DNA of 63,996 nucleotides, the filler included, from Collodictyon triciliatum (Eukaryota): NCBI GenBank assembly GCA_043381765.1. It is 7 parts of 7 records of this genome, joined end to end, with 100 filler letters (N's around TTAATTAATTAA, not from the genome) between each part and the next. Parts side by side here need not be neighbours in the genome. Positions count along the whole stretch, not along the records: positions 47,210 to 60,264 come from JBHJMP010003063.1; positions 60,365 to 63,996 come from JBHJMP010003067.1; 5 more parts are not named here. One strand, given 5' to 3'. Of the stretch, positions 59,687-63,996 are shown in pieces. Each line of letters starts with the position of its first letter. Positions within the stretch are counted from its first letter, which is position 1. The translations under genes and the position numbers were made by a program. The notes under the pieces were generated by a model that saw only the letters and a program-made list of their open reading frames with translations, was not told the origin of the DNA and made no database searches.

Positions 59687-60364
59687 GGCAAGGGTTTTGG
59701 CGGTCTGCGAGTTCCTCTTTTTTTTTCTTTTTCTTTGGTGGAAGAATGATTATTATTATTATTATTATTTTTGTTTTGTTATTATTATTTTCCATTTCCT
59801 TTTGTTTTCTTGAGGAAGTTTGGTCTTGTTGGCTTGTGTTGATTGAGGAAAGGGGGAATGGCGATCACTCAGCGCTGCGATGTGCTGGTGGGTGTTTGTT
59901 TCTTTGTTTCTTTGCTTGGCTGTTTATTGATCTTGTTTGGAGGCAACATGTGGTGAGAACGGAATTGGTTATTTTCTGACTTGTTTTGGCATTTGTGCAA
60001 GGAACTATTCGCTGTCGAAATATCCGTGGCTCTTTGTGGGTAATAATATCTTTTTTTTTTTTCTTCCCTTCGTCTGTGTCTGCCTCTCGCTTTAGATTTC
60101 CAGAAACTTCGCAACTCTAATTTTTCATTTTTAAAGAGGAAGAAAAAGTCCTGTGACATCGACATTAAAAGAAAAAGAAAAAGAAAAAGAAAAAGAAAAA
60201 GAAAAAGAAAAAGAAAAAGAAAAAGAAAAAGAAAAAGAAAAAGAAAAAGAAAAAGAAAAAGAAANNNNNNNNNNNNNNNNNNNNNNNNNNNNNNNNNNNN
60301 NNNNNNNNTTAATTAATTAANNNNNNNNNNNNNNNNNNNNNNNNNNNNNNNNNNNNNNNNNNNN

Positions 60365-60625
60365 TATGTGTTTTATGTGTTTTATGTGTTTTATGTGTTT
60401 TATGTGTTTTATGTGTTTTATGTGTTTTATGTGTTTTATGTGTTTTATGTGTTTTATGTGTTTTATGTGTTTTATGTGTTTTATGTGTTTTATGTGTTTT
60501 ATGTGTTTTATGTGTTTTATGTGTTTTATGATGTGTTATATGTGTTTTATGTGTTTTATGTGTTTTATGTGTTTTATGTGTTTTATGTGTTTTATGTGTT
60601 TTATGTGTTTTATGTGGTTTATGTG
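60365..60625 (+). repeat. (TATGTGTTT)n 9-mer tandem repeat at a contig start
   Basis: Near-perfect array. Confidence 0.95.
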
Positions 60626-60704
60626 TTTTTTTGTAGTTGTGTTTTATGTGATTGAGGTTGTGTGTGGATAGGACAGTTTTTTTCGTTGGCTGGTATTTGG
60701 CAGA

Positions 60705-60750
60705 TGACGTCACTGGAGGACTTCAAAGGAAACGGAGTAATGTGACGTCA
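60705..60750. promoter_or_regulatory. Pair of palindromic TGACGTCA (CRE/ATF-type bZIP) sites
   Basis: Perfect octamers at 60705-60712 and 60743-60750, about 450 nt upstream of ATG 61199. Function is inferred only. Confidence 0.35.
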
Positions 60751-61198
60751 TATACATTACATGTGTGGAATTTATTGTATATTACATTCTTTGACATTTT
60801 AAATAACATAAATCAATATATTTTAATCTCAGCTCTCATAATATTTAGTTTCATTCAACAAAATTGCTTGTATCGTATGTTAACAAAGAAGCACCAACAT
60901 ATACATGATACTGGCCGCAATCTGTTCATATGGTCGCAAAATAACGGATTCTATCCTTTTCTGGATAAAGTATGTTTATTTTTTGGCCTTTTCCACCTTC
61001 GTGTGTGGTTCGATTCTCGCCCTGGTCAGCTTTGACTTCACATCCCTGCGCGAGTGATTCTGAGCATCCGCATCCACCCCACGGGCCGAAGAAGAAGAAG
61101 GAGAAGAAGGGCAAGAGGCAACCCAACCAAGTCCAACTCTTCTTTTATTTTGTGCAGGAAAGAAAAAAAAAGAAAAAAGAAAAGGAAGCCAGGCACCG

Positions 61199-63800
61199 AT
61201 GAGTCGTTTGCGTGTAGAAAGCGCGCCTGTCCACAGCAAAGGGAGCCAACAGAAAACCTCTCTGGGGCGCAGCTATTATCCTCCGTTGCGAGCGAACTCG
61301 TCTCGACAAGCGGTAATTGATTCTAAGCACCTCTTTGTCTCTCTTTCTCTCCGTTGTGACAAACTCAATGCTTCTTTTATGCGCTAATTCTTCTGTTTGT
61401 CCAAATGATTCAGGCTACCCCCTATTTATTTGTTTATCGTGCATTTATTTAGTTACTGATCTTAAGCAACAGAGGTCGGCAGCCGTGGAAAACGTGGAGG
61501 ACTACTATGACCGCGATCAACGTCAACGAATGATTCAGCAATACCGCCCGAGCACAGCACTTGGCCATACACGAGATCAGGTTTGTCATATATATTTTTT
61601 CCCCCCTTCCAGATAATTATGCTCTCGACATCTCATTCAAATTCTTGGAGAATGATACAGGCATGTCTGAGATATGTAATGTGTTTAGCAGGCTTCTATG
61701 TCATCTACTTCCAGCTTTTCCGACATAGCACAGGGAGATGTTTCCAAAACGAAAGGCATGACCAAGAAGGATACGCAGAGAACACACACTCCAAAGCAAC
61801 AAACGCAAGACAAAACACATCTTTTATCCACGCCAGAAATCCTTCAGCAGAATGCTGATAGTTTGGTTCGTCTCCAAAAGTAAGCACCGCCGCAACATAA
61901 AACTTCTATTTTAAACTAACTATGATTCTCCCTGAAATCGAGCCTTTTCTATTTTTTTTTCCTTTTCTCTCATTTTTTTTTTTTGGTCTGTGTAATAATT
62001 GCTGTTTGCAAGTCGTGAACTTTGCCTTTCGTCATAAGGACCTGGGACGAGCTTGATTCCGTCCAGCGAAAGCTCGAATTGCTCCGAGTCAACCTAACAA
62101 CATCCACTTTGAAACCTAAATCGGCTCGGTCAACAAAGCCGCATTTTTATAACAACCCGAACGCATCTTTCACCTCCAGCACCACTTACTCATCTGAACA
62201 GGTCGGTACTTTGTGTCTAAAAATCACATATAACTTTTAGCTTTTTTGCCCTTCTATTAAGTGAGCTCTGTGCTTTTTTTTTTTTAATAAATTCATAGAG
62301 GAAATTATCATCACGTCCCAAGGAGCGCTCCTTTATCAGTGATGATACCGACCTGAGTTCTTTGATCTCTGATGTACCAAGTGGCCTTTTCACTGGAGAA
62401 GACGATGATTTGACGAAAAAAGGTGGATGTCCAATTCCGTCATCTTTCATATTTTTTTTTTTACCACAAACATGTATTCTTAACCTTGCAAGATTCATAA
62501 CTTATCGCTTGTAAGCAAACAAGTGAATGTTTTGGTCAGTTGCCTAATAATTTAATCCAATGGATACTACTTTTAGCATTAAAAGAATATTATCGTCGCC
62601 GAAAAGCAGGAGAACTGACAGATAGATTGAGTTTCACGTCAAGCCTTAATTCTTCAACAAAAGTACCAGTAACGATTCTTTTAAAAGTTTTGTCTATCAT
62701 CCCGTTCTTTGCGGGTTTACCCTCGTAAACATAATATCAATAGCTTCGCACTATCTCTCATTTAACAGCAGAAAAGCTCTAAAGCTTACCAAAGCCGTCC
62801 CCTACCGCATCATGACCCGGGTTTTGGGGCACAGCCAAAGCCCAGACATATCAAGCGTTTCCAACCAGCAGATGACAATACTTCTGTTTCTTTGAGCAAT
62901 TTAAGCGACGACTTGAAGCGTGAGATAATGGTAAAGAAAAAAAATGTCACGGACATCATCTTTACAATACAACCATTAATGTTATATCAACACCCATTCT
63001 CTCAGCCAAAAAAAGAAAAAGGAAAAGAAATTATAGTTGGTCCGTTGTCAATGTTTTTTTTTTTAATTCAATTTCCAAATGAACTATTCAGTACAAAGAT
63101 GAAATTCCGCCTTATGTCGATGTTTCCCTCGTTGGACGTCAAGATGCTAAAAAGGTTCTTATAGTTCAGTCGTTTCAGTAGAAAGTGACATTTTATGAAA
63201 AAAAATTAGAAACCTATATTTAGAAAGAAAAAAACCTACATATGTATAAATCGTAGCTCTTTCTCATCAATCTTTTGCTTATTATACCTTTTGTAGCATC
63301 CAAAATCAGGGAGCCCGGTTGCAGCTCGAAGGAAAGAATCAAAAGGTTACTCAAGCATTCTTATTTTTTTTCATGAACAGGCTCAATACTAATCGAATGG
63401 TTTCAATCTCTAGGAATATTGAGAAAATGTCAATTTTTATGGATTAATTGCTATTGTTCTTAGTGGTAATATATACCTAAACCGTTTTACACACCACTAG
63501 AAATCCAGAAAGAATCAAAACAGCAGGGAGCAGACCAACAGCTTCGGTTGATTTCTATACATCACACGCCCAAGTTTATTTTGCAAATCTCTTCAAAAAT
63601 ATATTAATTGCACTGTTTTTTAGTTCCTTTTTTTCTTTTTTAAAAAAAACACAATCATGAAGTTATTGTTAATGTTTTGAAATGTGATATTGTGATTTCA
63701 TTCAAGTTAACCCCACTATTTTTCTTCAGTAATTTGCAAAAATTGGATGGTTATACCGATGATGAATCCAACTTCTCATTCGTTTCCGAAATTTCTCAGA
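61199..63800 (+). CDS. Multi-exon Ser/Lys-rich hypothetical protein (3' end not in the window)
   Basis: ATG at 61199 and a chain of GT-AG-bounded exons (VENVEDYYDRDQRQRMIQQYRPSTALG; WDELDSVQRKLELLRVNL; LKEYYRRRKAGELTDRL; YKDEIPPYVDVSLVGRQDAKK). No family recognised. Confidence 0.65.
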
Positions 63801-63996
63801 GTAATTTTTCTTTTTAAAGTACTATTTCATTATAGAATAATAAACAAATGCTTGATGACAATTTCTGAAGGTGGAATCAAACCATTTTTTCTCTTATGAT
63901 TGCTAACATTTTTTTTTTTTTTTTTTTTTTAAATCAAAAAAAATTAAAAAAAAAAAAAGGGGGTTTTTAAAAAAAAAATTTAAAAAATGCCCCGGG

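Noticed and set aside
63091-63155. CUE-domain-like LMSMFPSLDVKML
   Set aside because: The preceding exon ends in phase 0, which puts this exon in a different frame (YKDEIPPYVDVSLVGRQDAKK).
63900-63996. Odd homopolymer-rich termini (also 1-160)
   Set aside because: These look like low-quality read ends after poly-T/A slippage.

Overview
Intron-rich, microsatellite-rich nuclear DNA of a eukaryote, most likely a heterotrophic protist; the domain architectures are reminiscent of Amoebozoa, but the taxon cannot be fixed from the sequence. The window is not one locus: it is 7 pieces joined by identical artificial 100-nt spacers (N44-TTAATTAATTAA-N44), and the first five pieces are each about 9.33-9.36 kb. 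Genes reconstructed by hand with the standard genetic code: PTPA (PP2A activator), 6-phosphogluconolactonase, 5-aminolevulinate synthase, a PQ-loop transporter, a GRAM/cNMP-binding (CNB-GRAM-CNB) protein, a signal-peptide Kelch-CUB-Cys-rich protein, a two-PH-domain protein, a CD36/LIMP-family protein, UBE3D/Ipa1, a divergent TSPO, and several hypotheticals. The main unexplained signal is a family of ultra-short insertions, consensus (C)ACTTTGAATCGAATAAAGG(A)n. There are 5 clear copies on 3 different contigs. Three have perfect 16-17 bp flanking direct repeats (target-site duplications, TSDs) and two duplicate a 5' splice site, which looks like a ~20-nt 'micro-retroposon'. No rRNA, tRNA or CRISPR array was seen. 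Exon boundaries are manual and approximate where stated.
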